Part shown: piece by piece, positions 26,389 through 39,200 of the stretch
Layout: each line of letters begins with the position of its first letter
Position numbering within the stretch: position 1 is the stretch's first letter
Source: Sphagnum compactum
Lineage: Eukaryota
NCBI GenBank assembly: GCA_965153455.1
Contig: OZ234493.1
Span: forward strand, 32,354,213 to 32,418,212
Direction of reading: 5' to 3'
DNA: 64,000 nt
Program-made: the position numbers and the translations under genes
The notes under the pieces: generated by a model
The model's input: the letters and a program-made list of their open reading frames with translations, nothing else
Database searches by the model: none
Told to the model about the DNA's origin: nothing

Positions 26389-28176
26389 ATGGCCCATGGG
26401 GATGGCTACCTGGCAACACTTTTGATTGAGGAAGTTTCACCAGAGGACTCAGATGAAGGGAATGAAGATTCAGAAAGTGATAAATTGGTTCTGATTCCAG
26501 GCTTGCCAAATGACTTGGCATTGCAATGCCTGGCACGTGTACCTCGTCGCCACCATCTTAATTTACGCTGTGTGTGCACCAAGTGGAGAGATATGGTGGC
26601 TAGTGAGTCTTACTACTTTCTTCGGAAATGCTTAGGCCTAAGTGAGGGTTGGATTTATGCCTTCAGCCGTGACTATTCTGAGTGCTTGCACTGGCACATT
26701 CTTGACCCTGTTGCTCGCACTTGGAAGGAGCTGCCAGGGATGCCTGGTGATTGTTTGCGGAGGTACAATGTTCCACAAACCTTCTAATCTATGCATATCC
26801 TAGGTCTTACAACCATATAGAGCTTAGGACTTGATCCAAATGGGACTCAAAAAGTGGCTCTCTACTTATTTTCAACATCGATTTGTGTTTGGAGTTTGAC
26901 TTGACTTGAATTTTTGTCATTCTACACATGGTCCTAATGATTTTGGGGAATTCCTCTGCCCACTTTCATATTTCCTGAGTTCCCATCAGGCAGGAACATG
27001 TACAGCCTAAGCTCTGAGCTCACAATTGTCTGTTTTTCTCCACTTTTTGGTCCTAATCAGATACCGATTCTGTTTGGGTTATAGGTACGGAGTGACATGC
27101 TCAGTTGTGGAAAGGGAGCTATATGTGATGGGTGGGGGTGCACAATTTCGCAACCCAACCTCAGAAGTCTACAAATTTGACCCGATCAAGAATGAGTGGA
27201 GTGAAGCTGCCCCAATGGAAATGGCCCGTTGCCATTTTGTTAGCAGTGCCCTTAGTGGCCGTTTGTATGCAGTTGGTGGAATGGGTGCATCCTCTGGCCC
27301 CCTAACTTCATGGGAGGTTTTCAACCCAGAGACAAATCAATGGTTTGTGCGTGAGGATCCAAATGTTGTGCCAGATTTAGGGGAGTCACTAGTAACTGAT
27401 GGAAAAATATATGTCCGGCATGTAACTCCTGGATACATGGGCTCATATGCAGCTGTATTTGACCCTGTTGAGAGTGCATGGGCTTCTGTTGATAATGAAT
27501 TGATGAAGACATGGTGTGGACCAACTGCTGTTACAGAAAGTGATGTTTATATGCTTGACCAAACTTTTGGCATCAAGCTTATGGTACTAGATAAGGAATC
27601 AGGCCAGTGGAGCCGAGTGGGTCGCTTCTCTCCTCAGTCCATTCGCCTGCCTTGTCGGTATGACTCTTATACTCAATCTGCCTCATTCAACCGAAAATTG
27701 AGCAAATTGTTGGGGATGTGCATTCAAGTGTTGAATTTGAGTTGATCACATTAAAGTCTTAGATAATGTTTGGGTCCTACTGCATTCATAATTTGTGAAT
27801 TTGCAGCTACTGGTAAGGAAGGAGAGCATAATGAGCAAGCAAATTAGAGACACCTCCCCAGTGTCAAGAACAATAATCCAAAGTAAACTACTTCAAGTTT
27901 TCCTGAGGAGCGGTGAAAACAAAATTTGATAAATTAAATGTGTTCCACTCTTTCTAGGAGTTTTGGCTCCAAAGGGATGTTAACTTTAAGCCTATTGGGT
28001 GCAGGCTGGCAGCAATTGGGAAACACTTGTATGTGGTTGGCAGGGGCCTCAAGACTCTCGTTTTAAACACAGAGAAAGCTTGGAGTGGAAGTGAGGGCTT
28101 GCTTGTGACCTCGTCAATCAATGGACTGCCAGAATGTGAGGATGTTGTATTAAGCTGCCATGTCATTGAACTCTAG
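26389..28176 (+). CDS. F-box/kelch-repeat protein (SKIP4-like), 3 coding exons
   Basis: Exons 26389-26762, 27085-27657 and 28005-28176 are in frame. F-box motif LIPGLPNDLALQCLARVP; kelch repeats LYVMGG..YKFDPIKNEWSEAAPM, LYAVGG..WEVFNPETNQW and LYVVG. Confidence 0.92.
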
Positions 28177-29390
28177 TTGTAGCCAAAGTTGTGATATAAC
28201 TGAACTTGGTGGCATGAATCTGTTTAAGGCTATTGTGTACAAGCATTTGGCGGTTTATGAGAGTTTAATGTCTTCAAAGGAAGGGGCAGGGACAGTCCAT
28301 TTTTTGAAGGGAGCACTCTGGCTATGGTTGAACCAGCCCTGCCCTCTCTTTATGCTCATTCCTTTCCTGTTTCCTATGTGAAGATTACTTTTGGTATTAG
28401 CCCCAGTCTGAAACTCTATTGCTTTTCTGCTGAGTTACAAGGATGAAGAAGCACAAAAGGTAAACATATCTCAGCAGATCTATTTGGGGTCTAATTCATC
28501 TATGTGAATCCCATATTGCTGTGTCATCATTTCCTGCAGTTTTGTTTACTGTTTTGGCATCCATCTTAATTTGGAGACTACAGATCTAGATTATACATAC
28601 CTACTGGTACAGACTAGTGGGAAATCTGTACACAGTCAAGTTGTGTCGGATGCCTGAAGATGGCAGGCATCTGACAGATATGCTACAACAATATAGTGGC
28701 CAGAGCATTTGAGAGTTAAAAGTGACAGGATTAATAAATAAAAGAAGTAGTGGACTTTAGTTAGCTAAACTGTACAACTCTGATATTTGAATTGGTGCCA
28801 AAAGCTTGGATTGTGTTTTTGATTGACTGGTCAGAAGTTGTAACAGGCTAGGTGAAAAATCAATGTTATTCAGGGGAACCGTCCCAAGTGCAATTTCCCA
28901 CTCCAGGCTCTGCAAGGATGGTTCCCATAAGTTCTCTCTGGTGGGGTTGTTTAGTTGGCAGGGAACCTTGACCATTGGTTTTAATCAATCTTAGCCATAG
29001 ATTGCTTTCTGACTAGTCATCTTTGTTCCATGGATGTCAAGGCAGTATGCCTTGGACCTTGGGCTGACCCTTGGTTCCCAGAGCATAATGCCCTGACAGC
29101 AGGGCCTTCCCTAATATAGAAATTTCTGTCAAGCATGAAAATCAGGGGGAGAGTTAGACCTTCATAAAAAATAAGGTTTGGTAGTGTTGGTGTTCTTTAG
29201 TTTAAATATGCTTCAACTTTTGAACCCAATTAGGAGTGCAGTTGGGCTGAAACAACACTGTTCCATGCACCACTATTGTTATAAAACATGTTCACAAAAT
29301 CATATATATTATTTCACTAAGTCTGTCTGTGTGTCTGTCGAGGTGCCAATTTGAGGGGTCAATTTCGAAGTACCAATTCGAGGAGACAAA

Positions 29391-29512
29391 AACCCAAATC
29401 TCGTCTGTCCGTCTGTCAATGTCCTGAAACTCAGATCCCGTCTGTTTGTCTGTCGAGGTCCTGAAACCCAGATCTCGTCTGTTCGTCTGTCGAGGTCTTG
29501 AAACACAGATCC
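29391..29512. repeat. ~37-bp minisatellite, ~3 copies
   Basis: aaacccagatctcgtctgttcgtctgtcgaggtcctg repeated. Confidence 0.75.
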
Positions 29513-32308
29513 CAAATTGTAAAAGTAAAATAACCGCCCAAAAACCTGCCTGGCTCCTCTTTTCCGGGTTTTCGTGAAACCCGGCAGTTTTGTGAGGTGT
29601 TTTTGAAATAACCAGAACCGGCAGCGGTTCTTTGATTCTGATTTTTTTTTTTCAAATACCTGGAACTTGTGATTCTTTGACTCCGAGTTTTAATTCTTTT
29701 AATTCCCATTTTACAAATACCCAGACGTGGAAGTTATTCAACATATCAAATACTCGCCCAACACTACTTATATAGTACACAGACAGAACAACAACAAGAG
29801 TTATTAATTGATTGAAACAATTAACGGGTACCCACAAAGTTTGAAATTAATCCAATGAATATGGAATACGAAAAGCACTTTGAAAATGGTGTAGATTGCA
29901 AAATGCAAATTTTAAGTGATGGTGCAGAGTCCTGACATCAGAAAATCAGGACAATGACATTGTACATAGATGTGCATTCATCTTGTCAAAGATTACTTTA
30001 TGTGGACACCATACATGTTACTGGCACTTATGGAGAATCGCGTGATGGTGGCAAATGGATCAAGGATGTCAAATGAATTGGTTCAACAAAAACAGTGTTC
30101 CAAAGCTTGTCAAATCAACTTGTGCATCAAGATATTCTAAAACTTAGTTGCAAAAAGAATTGATTTATGAGAACTAGTGACTAAAAATGGCCATTGATGC
30201 AGAATTGAATATTGTTTGAAAACGTATATTATTGTGTCCTAGCTCCTTGGATGCATACTTTCTGAAAACATTGATCACAAAACACTTGACATATAATTGG
30301 CAAAAGTTAATGATATCTAAGGTGGTAATCCTTGATATGGCACAGGAGAAAGAGGGGCATGTAATAATCTAAACTCTCGCTTCTGAGAATTTTGTGCGTC
30401 AACAGCTTTCCCAATGACACAACCATGTTGGAGATGATCCCATCTATTGTTCATCCATTAAGTTCAACCTACAATGGTAAAAGTCACTATTTTGAATTGT
30501 GTGGAATTGCAACTCAGAAAATTGCAACTTGTTTCATGGATAGGGATTAGTTTTCAGTGATGTCCAAAAGTCTTGAAGTGGTGGAATTTTATGGATCCAT
30601 AAAATAGATAAGAATGGAGCCTACAATTTCCTCAACCATAGGTCTCAACTGACCTAATGAAAATTTAAAGATCATGATAGTGCGCACCTTTGTCATTGTG
30701 CACCTTTGTCATCTTGGACATTGTAAGCTTTTACCCCATTCCAAGAATTGTTCCATGATGATGTCCACAACCCACTTAAAATAGTGTACGAGAACATTGG
30801 AATTCACTTCAATAATGTTTTTCTCTTTTTGTGTTGAGATATTTGATTAAGGTTTCATAGATTATCATCACAAAAGTGTCTTAGAGATTATGACAAGAGT
30901 GCAAGTTTCAATAATTCCTAACAAAAAGGGTTGTGAAGAAAACTTGAGATCACCTTAGGGGGAAACAATTGGCGATACTATGATATGTGCATCAAATCAT
31001 ATTCTTCATTGGGAGCTTGAGTACAAGGAAAACCGAACAAGGACACCATTTCACTTGGAAATAACCTTCAAGACTTGGCTTTTTTCAAGCATTTGGTGCC
31101 ATTTCACTGTACATAACATAGGAGGAATTTGAGTTGGCCCTATTAATCCTTGAAACCCAATTAAGATGTTGGTCAGATGTCCAACCAGGTCAAATTGTCA
31201 AGTGCAAGACAGAACAAGGAAAGCATGCATGTCAAGTCTGTGGATTATGCAAGTTTCTCCAAGTCACCAAAGAAACAAATGCTTCTTCAAACCATCAAAT
31301 TAGGATGTCTGAGCACATAATTCTTCTTTTTCAATACTGACTTCACATCACTGTAAGTGTCAAAAAGCTGCTATCCTTCTTGTGTCAACTCAGGGATCCC
31401 TTGAGTATCAGTTCTACTGGTATGGATCTGAGGCATTGTAGTTAGGAACTTGGAAAAATGCAGCACATCAGCAGACATCTCCAGCCAACTAATCCAGGGC
31501 TGGCATAAGTTGCACTTAAAGGAAAAGATTGGTTGATCTAGTTGCCTTGGCTCTAAATCAAAGGGATAACCACTTTAAATCATAGGAGATGTATGTACAC
31601 CCATTACTTCAACAGGTAGCATTCACTCAACTTATTCTTCAATTTTAGAGAAACCTATGTACGAAATTGTGGAGAAATCTCCACAGCAACAATCTGAAGA
31701 TTGTCAACAATGTGTGCAGTCATAAGCTTATAAGAGTTACTCCCAAAATGTCAGACCACCAACTTCAGCATGAATAGCAGTGACAAGCTAGCATGACTAC
31801 CCACTGACTTCATCAGCTCCCAACAGTGGGTGTAGATCATACAAAATCTGTGTCCTGAGTTTCTGTCACATTTCCACAACAAGAAATAGAAAGATTCAGT
31901 CACAATGTTGGCCAGGAATCGAGACATAGCTAATAAAAAAAAGTCAATAGCATCCTCATTCAACAACAAGTTTGTGAGGGTAAGCTTCACTTCATTATAG
32001 CTTGTCCCTGTAAAAGCAAGCATTGAAGCTAAAAGCAATAGAGGCCTACATAGAGAGTAATCGTTGTAGCAATAAACCAGAAGTATAATTCAATCTACAC
32101 CCTTGCAGGGACAAGCAAGATTCCAATTGCAAGAGACAAGCTGGTATTAATTTGAACTTAAAGTAAAGAAGGCAAATGTAAAACTCAATGTACAAACTGC
32201 CAATGCCACATTCTGAGGCTATAGTTAATTATCAATAAAGATATCTGCTTATCAAAACCATGAATATGAAGAGGAAAGGAATGATTTGATACATAGAGAG
32301 GCCAAACC

Positions 32309-33202
32309 CTAGAAGATGTCAGGGTGGAATCGGCCAGGCATGGAACTTCCTTCCTGAGCTTTTTGGAGATGCAGACTTAAAGAATAATTAGTCAATTCGA
32401 GTGTCCGGACTTGCTCCTGATACTGAGACAAAAGTTTTTTCACTTGTTGAAGCTCTCGTGTTCGCCCCTCATGCTCCATTTGCCTCTCATGCTGTATTGC
32501 AACAGCTCTTTTCAAAATGTAGTTGTCACGGACAAATCCCTGAAGCTGCTCTTTCAATGCATTGTTTTCCTTCTGCTGCACTTTGACAATGGCTGCAGAC
32601 TGGGATGCTACTGTCTTCTCAAAAGCTTTAAGGGTGTGGGTTGCCCTGGATCTGGCATCATTCAAATCTGCAGCGTTCATCATCTCTCTCACCAGAAGTT
32701 CCACCCATTCCTCACCCTCCAATTGTTGCAGCGATGCAGCTGCTGCATCCACTTCCTCCCCATGAGAACTAGTCGAGGGGGATGGAGACTCCATACCTCC
32801 AAGACTGGAACAATGGGCAACAGCACCAGAAACAACATCCTGGCTAGAAGAACCAGCTAGTCCTGAAGAAGACAATCGCAGACTAGTTAAGCTCTTGATT
32901 GCATGATCCAGGTTGTTACTGCAAGACTCCAGCACTTTCTCTATAAGCTTTTCTTCCATCTCAGGGAAGAGGGCATAGAGCTGCAGCAGAACCGAGCCCT
33001 CCGTGTGATGCCTGGAGGACCCGGCCTCCAGGCAGGCTTCAAAAGGAGTGCCACTTATGGTGCTAGGCAGGGGGGAAGCTGCTGCACTGGGAAAACGGAT
33101 GGCAGAATTGGTGGCCTGAGCAAAGCGCAGCCGCTTGGCTACAGGCGGGGAACTGTGCAAATCCTCAAACACAGACCGCTTCCCACAAACTGCAGCAGAC
33201 AT
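32309..33202 (-). CDS. CUE-domain (ubiquitin-binding) protein with C-terminal coiled coil; plant 'MSAAVCGKRS...FHPDIF' family
   Basis: Uninterrupted ORF (301 aa from 33214; family-typical start MSAAVCGKRS at 33202). CUE motif LYALFPEMEEKLIEKVLESCSNNLDHAIKSL; EWVELLVREM; ILKRAVAIQHERQ; C-terminus NYSLSLHL..PGRFHPDIF. Probable 5'UTR intron 33285-33710. Confidence 0.9.
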   Translation of the reverse strand: MSAAVCGKRSVFEDLHSSPPVAKRLRFAQATNSAIRFPSAAASPLPSTISGTPFEACLEAGSSRHHTEGSVLLQLYALFPEMEEKLIEKVLESCSNNLDHAIKSLTSLRLSSSGLAGSSSQDVVSGAVAHCSSLGGMESPSPSTSSHGEEVDAAAASLQQLEGEEWVELLVREMMNAADLNDARSRATHTLKAFEKTVASQSAAIVKVQQKENNALKEQLQGFVRDNYILKRAVAIQHERQMEHEGRTRELQQVKKLLSQYQEQVRTLELTNYSLSLHLQKAQEGSSMPGRFHPDIF

Positions 33203-33318
33203 TGCATCCAGCAATTCCCTGTTCTCTCTCCCTTTGTCTATCTGTGAACCCTTGCCCTCTCCCTCTTCTCTTCCTTCTCCTCACCTGAAACCCTTCCAAG
33301 AGCTAAGCTCCTCCTCCG

Positions 33319-33710
33319 CATTCCACCCAAAACCACAGCATGTAAACCGCACATCTGACCACATTTCTAACCTTCCCAGAAACCCCCAGCAGACCAGAAA
33401 CAAAATTCAACTCCGCAACAAGCAGATCCTCAACCCTAAAAACCAGAACCCTCCCAAACACGCCAAACTCGGGCGAACAAGAGAGGGTACATACAAGAGA
33501 GAGAATTTTACACATTCCACCCAAAACCACAACATATAAAGCGCACATCTGACTACATTTCTAACCTTCCCAAAACCCCCCAGCAGACCAGCAACCAAAT
33601 TCAACTCCACAACAATCAGATCCTCAACCCTAAAAACCAGAAGCCTCACAGAAACGCCAAACTCGGCAGAACAAGAGAGTGTTACATACAAGAGACGGTA
33701 TTTTACGCAC
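33319..33710. repeat. Tandem duplication of ~194 bp inside the 5'UTR intron of the CUE gene
   Basis: cattccacccaaaaccac..gcacatctgac.acatttctaaccttccc..aaattcaactcc..gatcctcaaccctaaaaaccag..acatacaagaga starts at 33319 and again at 33513. Confidence 0.9.
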
Positions 33711-35004
33711 CTTTCAAAACTCTGAGAATCTGGAGCCGTTTGAAGCTCAAGCCAGTCGACGACAAGAGCAGCGCCTTGGGAAGATTTTCCAGACGAACTT
33801 CTTCACAAATTGTTGGTTCATGAGAGTTCCTAGGATGGTCTACAAAGACTGGGGGGACGGGGAGACGATAGAAGAGAAGCTGTACGGAGGAAGGAGGAGC
33901 AAAGTGGGCATGGAAGAAGCGTAAGATTTTTTATTGTGTGTGTGGGCACAAAAAGCCAAAGACTTTTCTCCCTTGTGCGCCTCTAGGGTTTGAACGCCGT
34001 GTGCATTTGCATGCCCGTCCATGTTCCCCAGCCACACTCTACCCTAAATACTCTCGTGAAAAGGGAGGGGAGGCTTATTCTGGTACTCTTGCTATCTCAC
34101 TGAGGGGCAGAATGGCCTATTCTGCCATTTGTGCCCTCAACCGATTCTGCCGATTCTGCCGGCCTTTTCCGCAGGAGTGCTCATTTTGGGCGCGACTGAA
34201 CCAGCAGCACCCACCCCAGCTACCATGAACTATGGGAAGCTAGGAGGTCAGGAAACAGTCTTGTAAGTAGGTAGGTAGGTAGGTAGGTAGGTTTGTTAGT
34301 AGGTAGGTAGTTAAGACCAGTGTGGGCCAAAAATGGGTCCAAAAAACCTACCCTAAATTGCAGGTTCTTTCATAAAAACTGCCGGTTCTTTGAAAATTTT
34401 AAAAAACCTGAAACCAGAGTCTTTCAATTCTTTTTTTCAAAATTAAAATCCAGAACATTTGAGTCTGAATATTTTCAAAGAACCCCAAATGCGGGTTCTT
34501 TCATTTCTAAAATTTTAGAAGACCAGAACTGGAGGTTATTAACAAAATGAAAGAACCACACAACATTGGTTATTTCCATTGTTGTGTGGGTATTAGAGCC
34601 AGCTCCAAGATACTCACATGTTATCAACCCAGGTATGTATATATGCTCTCACCCAGCGGGAGTGAAAAAATATTTTAAAAAACCAGTTTTTATATAGAAC
34701 CTGGGTTCTCAACTTTTTTGTGAAAAATTCAAAAACCCGCCTTTTCTAACCACCAATTCTTTCATGAAAACTGCTGATTCGTTGATGTTTCTGAAATACC
34801 CATAACGAATGAATCTCCAATTCTGATTTTCTCTCAAAAAACAGGAACCAGTGGTTCTTTGATTCTGAAATTTGTAAAGAACCAGAACCGCCGGGTATTT
34901 TTAAAAAATTATCAAATAACCACACACAACATTTGTTACTTTCCTGTTTCACAACTTGTTGGGTAAGATGAAGTTTGAAAGTTGGGAACTCTTGGAGGCT
35001 AGAT

Positions 35005-36517
35005 CAGGCCTCATAAAATTAGGCGTTCTAAAAATAGACGCCTAATTAGCCTAATTTAAAATGAGCCAAACGCCTAAAATAATCGATCGCCACTCGGCCG
35101 TAAACATCTGCAAGATGATTTGCAAGCTGCTCGACCAGCTCTACAGTTCTTAGCGGCACAAGCTGTTGTCGGTCAGCACGGACGGTGAGAACACCATGAC
35201 CGGATGGAAAGGCGGATTTGTGACGTTCATGGACAAGGAGTCTACCAACGAGGTCCTGCGTGTATGGTGTCCCGTGCACCAGATGGACCTCGTCATTCAG
35301 GACGCGACGGTCATGATCAGCGACGATGCATTCACCAAAACGACACACAGCTTCACGGTGCATCTCCGCCAACAGGCCAATTTACAGCTCGTGATGGGCA
35401 GCAAGTGCCCAAAGGACACGAATCGCTGGGCACACTTCCAAGGCCAATTGCAGTGGCTGCTGACACACCGCATTAAGTTGCTGGAGTGGATAGAGCAGCG
35501 GCAGCACGCCTCGTCGTCGACTGTCGAGTACTGGATCATTGCCTGCGCCATCAACCCTCTCGCCAAGGCGTGCAATGTCACGCTCGTCAATTTGCAACAA
35601 CGCAACCTCTGCCTGTCGCAGCAAACCGAGTACATTGAGCAACTGGTCTAGAACATTTTCCTAATGGTCGACATCCAGCATGAAGACGACAATGAGGCGA
35701 TGCAGTGGGGTGATCGTGAGGAGAACAGTTACCTTGAACTCGGCGTGTGGTGGGTCACGTTCAAGGATGTCTACGTGCATGTCAAGGATCAGGGGACCTG
35801 GGTCAAGGACCTGTTCCTATTACTGACCGATGAAGACCAGATCGGCGTGTTGCGCGAGATCGCCGGGTACGCGTTGCACCTTGTCAAGGGCCTGTCACTC
35901 GTGCAGGGAGAGCACGACTGCCGCAACAACACGGCAGCACAGCTCGCGCCGCCCATCTTCCCTCAACATCTCTACAAGATGCGGACAAGTTATTTCATTG
36001 AACACGTCCTGGGTCCCCACCGCGAGATGATGATCAAGGCTTGGGGCGAGGAGCTGGTCGATCTTATTGAGCAGGAGCATCGTGCGCTCGTCAAGGTGGT
36101 TCGTGGCTCTGCTCCTCTAAAGCGTATTGTTGACAGTCATAGCTTCCAAACAATGTTCAACGACGCCTGGGACGCCCTGCTGGCCCAGCCCGCCCTGAAC
36201 CATCTCCGATTGTTCTGCGATGGCTTGGCGAGCGCCTTTGCCAACACGACGTGCGTGGAAAGCGACTTCTCAATCTTAAAGTGCGAGAAGGACGCCTACC
36301 GTACGTGCCTGATGGCACTGTCGCTGGAGGGCGTGTTCCAGACGAAACAGATGGGCACCATCGACGAAATGCTTGGCTTACTCAATCCGGTCGAGTAATT
36401 CGACAAAATGACCACAAAAGGGCCTTTTTTAGAAAATGCCTAATTTGCCGGCACAGGAAACGCCTAATTTAGCTTATTTTGTTTAAATTAGGCGTTCGCC
36501 TAATTTTATGAGGCCTG
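35005..36517 (+). mobile_element. hAT-superfamily DNA transposon, internally deleted, carrying the C-terminal part of a transposase
   Basis: Perfect 21-bp TIR CAGGCCTCATAAAATTAGGCG (35005-35025 / 36497-36517) and perfect 8-bp TSD GGCTAGAT (34997-35004 / 36518-36525). Transposase remnant ~35150-36398 with STDGENTMTG, WCPVHQMDL (CxxH), TNRW and NTTCVESDFSILK (hAT C-terminal E motif); one in-frame stop at 35649-35651. Confidence 0.93.
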
Positions 36518-38739
36518 GGCTAGATGCTCGAACTTAGTCAATCATGGAGTGTGATGTAATATAATATGTATCTGGTAGACTGTAGGGGTGTGCTCACTTG
36601 ATATTGGTGTGCAATGTGCACTATGCACTTGAGCCCTGAATATCTTATGAGGTTAAGGTTTAGGGTTTAGGGCAAATTTTTGTGTGCGATGTATAAAAGG
36701 GTGCAGAAAATAAGATGCAACTTAAAAGTGCCCAATCTTTCCTCAAATCTAGATCTCATGACAATTTAATTAACCATGTTGATATATTAGAGTTATCCTA
36801 GAAGTCACCCTCTATTTTGCCCCCTATCTCCTCTGCTTTCTCCCCCTATCCCCTCTTTCAGTGGTATCGGCAAAGTAAGGGTATGAAATGCTAAAAAAAA
36901 CTCAGTATTTAACACATAAGGTTTGAGAGTAAGTCTGGTAGTCGTACAGGTAGGAGCCGTGAAAATATATGTAACAGCAGTGCAGGCGCTCAAGAAAAAA
37001 TAAGGAAACACAGGATGAAACTCAGTTTACCACCAAAATTGGCCGAAAAAACTAGTTTGGGTCCCAGTTATTTCCTTTTGTAAATTTTTCCATTCCCAGT
37101 TAAGTGTTTGATGTCCTGTTATGCCAAAACTGGCCGTTCTTGCCCCCTAATAGCTTGACTTTAAAGATAACTCTATTGGCCAAAAGGTTTTCATTTTAAA
37201 AATGTTTCCCTCATGATGACACTCTCTTGTCATGAACAACAGTTGAAAAGTAATAGACACAATGTGCATGAAAGTACTGTATTTTGTACAACATTAGCAA
37301 AAGTTTGCTCATTTGGCAGTCCCAACTCTTTGATTTTTGTTGTGCACATGTTTCTGCCAATTGTGTTTATTTTCCTAAACTCGATGTGGATTGTTCATGA
37401 AACGATTTGTCACATAGTGTCAATTTGAAGGCCCACAAGTTGGGTCAAATTCAATTCATTTGGGGTAGATTAACATGTTAATGTGTGTGTGTGTGGTAGG
37501 GTGAATTATGGGTGCAACTGCTTTCATTGAATAATGGCTACAAAGTCCATATGAACTAGCTTCAAACGCCCCCCAAAAATCACTCTATGTTTGAATTTGT
37601 TCATTGGATATATTAGCATGCATTATGCATTACTTGTAATCTTCAAAGTTCTATTCTAAATCCCGATACTTCAGAAATTGAACTCCCCTTTCAACATTTG
37701 GGAAGTATTGTTCACATGCAGCCAAGGCCAAATTGTCACACACGCACAATAACATTTCAATTAGCCTTGGGCCTCTAAACATTATGTTCATTTTCCTTAA
37801 AGTGAATTGTCTCTTTAACTTTTGGCCATCTCTTGAACTCTAGGGTACGAGAATTCCAAAGCTTCCTTGTTGTTTTAAGGCCATTACTATGAAGCTGCTC
37901 TAATCTCTATTTATAGATATCCAAAATTCTTGGCCTTTGAATTCAGTAGACCACTAAAACCTTCACATTGCAAATTTCTTTAGCAAGAGTCAACAATTTT
38001 TTCTTAGGAATTTTGGAATATCAAAAGGGTGGCTTTTATTAGTTCACTTTTGGTATTTTTATGGTGATATTACAAATGTCAAAACGTGAAGCCTCTCCTT
38101 AATTAAAGCTTAAATAAGTTGAAATTTAATTACGTGCAACAAAAAGGTTTCATGGAGTGTTGGTAAACACTCTTATTTTTAAGCAACAAAAGCTACTTAC
38201 ATCTACAAAATGAAAGTATAAGTTTACAACCTCTCTATATTGTAAGCATGGTAATAAAACTTTTAGGTTGTTGTGAAAGTAATGGCAAATGTGTACAACA
38301 AATTTGGTGGGTATTGGCAATTATTATTTATCGATGGGAAGCAACGTGACAAAATTTAAGTTGTCACACTTATGATTTTATTATAGGCATTTGTTAGTCC
38401 CTTTTCTATGGTGTAATCTAGTTATATATTGCCAATAAAACAAAGGCAAGCTAAATTGTTTTGCACTAGTACAAAAACATGATTTTTCAAGTTGTCCAAG
38501 TTGATTAATTTGTTTTCTTAACTTGTGAAATGTCCATTTTTACTAGAGGTTCACTTTATGAATGGATATTACAATTACTGATTGATCAATTTGACTAGAG
38601 ATGATCCATTTGACTATATCGTCAAATGGGACATTTAGTCAAGTTGAACCAAGAAACAAAAATCCCTAGTCAAGATGGCCAAAGGGTTTCTCGTCAAATA
38701 AGACATTTCATCAAGTTGAACGAACAAAAATAACATCCA

Positions 38740-39200
38740 ACCTACCTACCCACCTGCAATACCTAAGTACTAAGTAGGTAAGTAGGTAGGTACTTATTAT
38801 GGTACCTAGGTAGGTAGTAGGTATCTAAATACCATAGTAAGTAAGAAGGTAAGTAAATACTTACATACCTACCCACCTACCCAACCTAAACTAGGTAGGT
38901 AAAAAGGTAGGTACCTACTATGGTACCTAGGTAGTAGATAAATATCTAGGTACCATAGTAGGTAGGTAGGTAAATAGATGCTTACATACCTACTCACCTA
39001 CCTTACCTAAGTACTACGTAGGTAAGTAAGTACCTAGGTATTGTAGTACCTACTTACCTACCTACTATGGTATTTAAATACCTATTTATTACATGTACCT
39101 AGTTATTGTGGTACTTACTACTTATTTACTTATTTATTATGATACTTAAACTTACCATAGTAATTAATTACCTAGGTCATTTTAAACTAACTACTATGGT
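38740..39200. repeat. Degenerate (GGTA/TACC)n low-complexity tract; a similar tract lies at ~43290-43530
   Basis: Dense ctacctacc / gtaggtagg motifs with local palindromes such as ggtacctaggtagg. Confidence 0.7.

Noticed and set aside
29900-31130. Possible decayed transposase on the minus strand
   Set aside because: Composition suggests old coding DNA, but I could not read a diagnostic motif.
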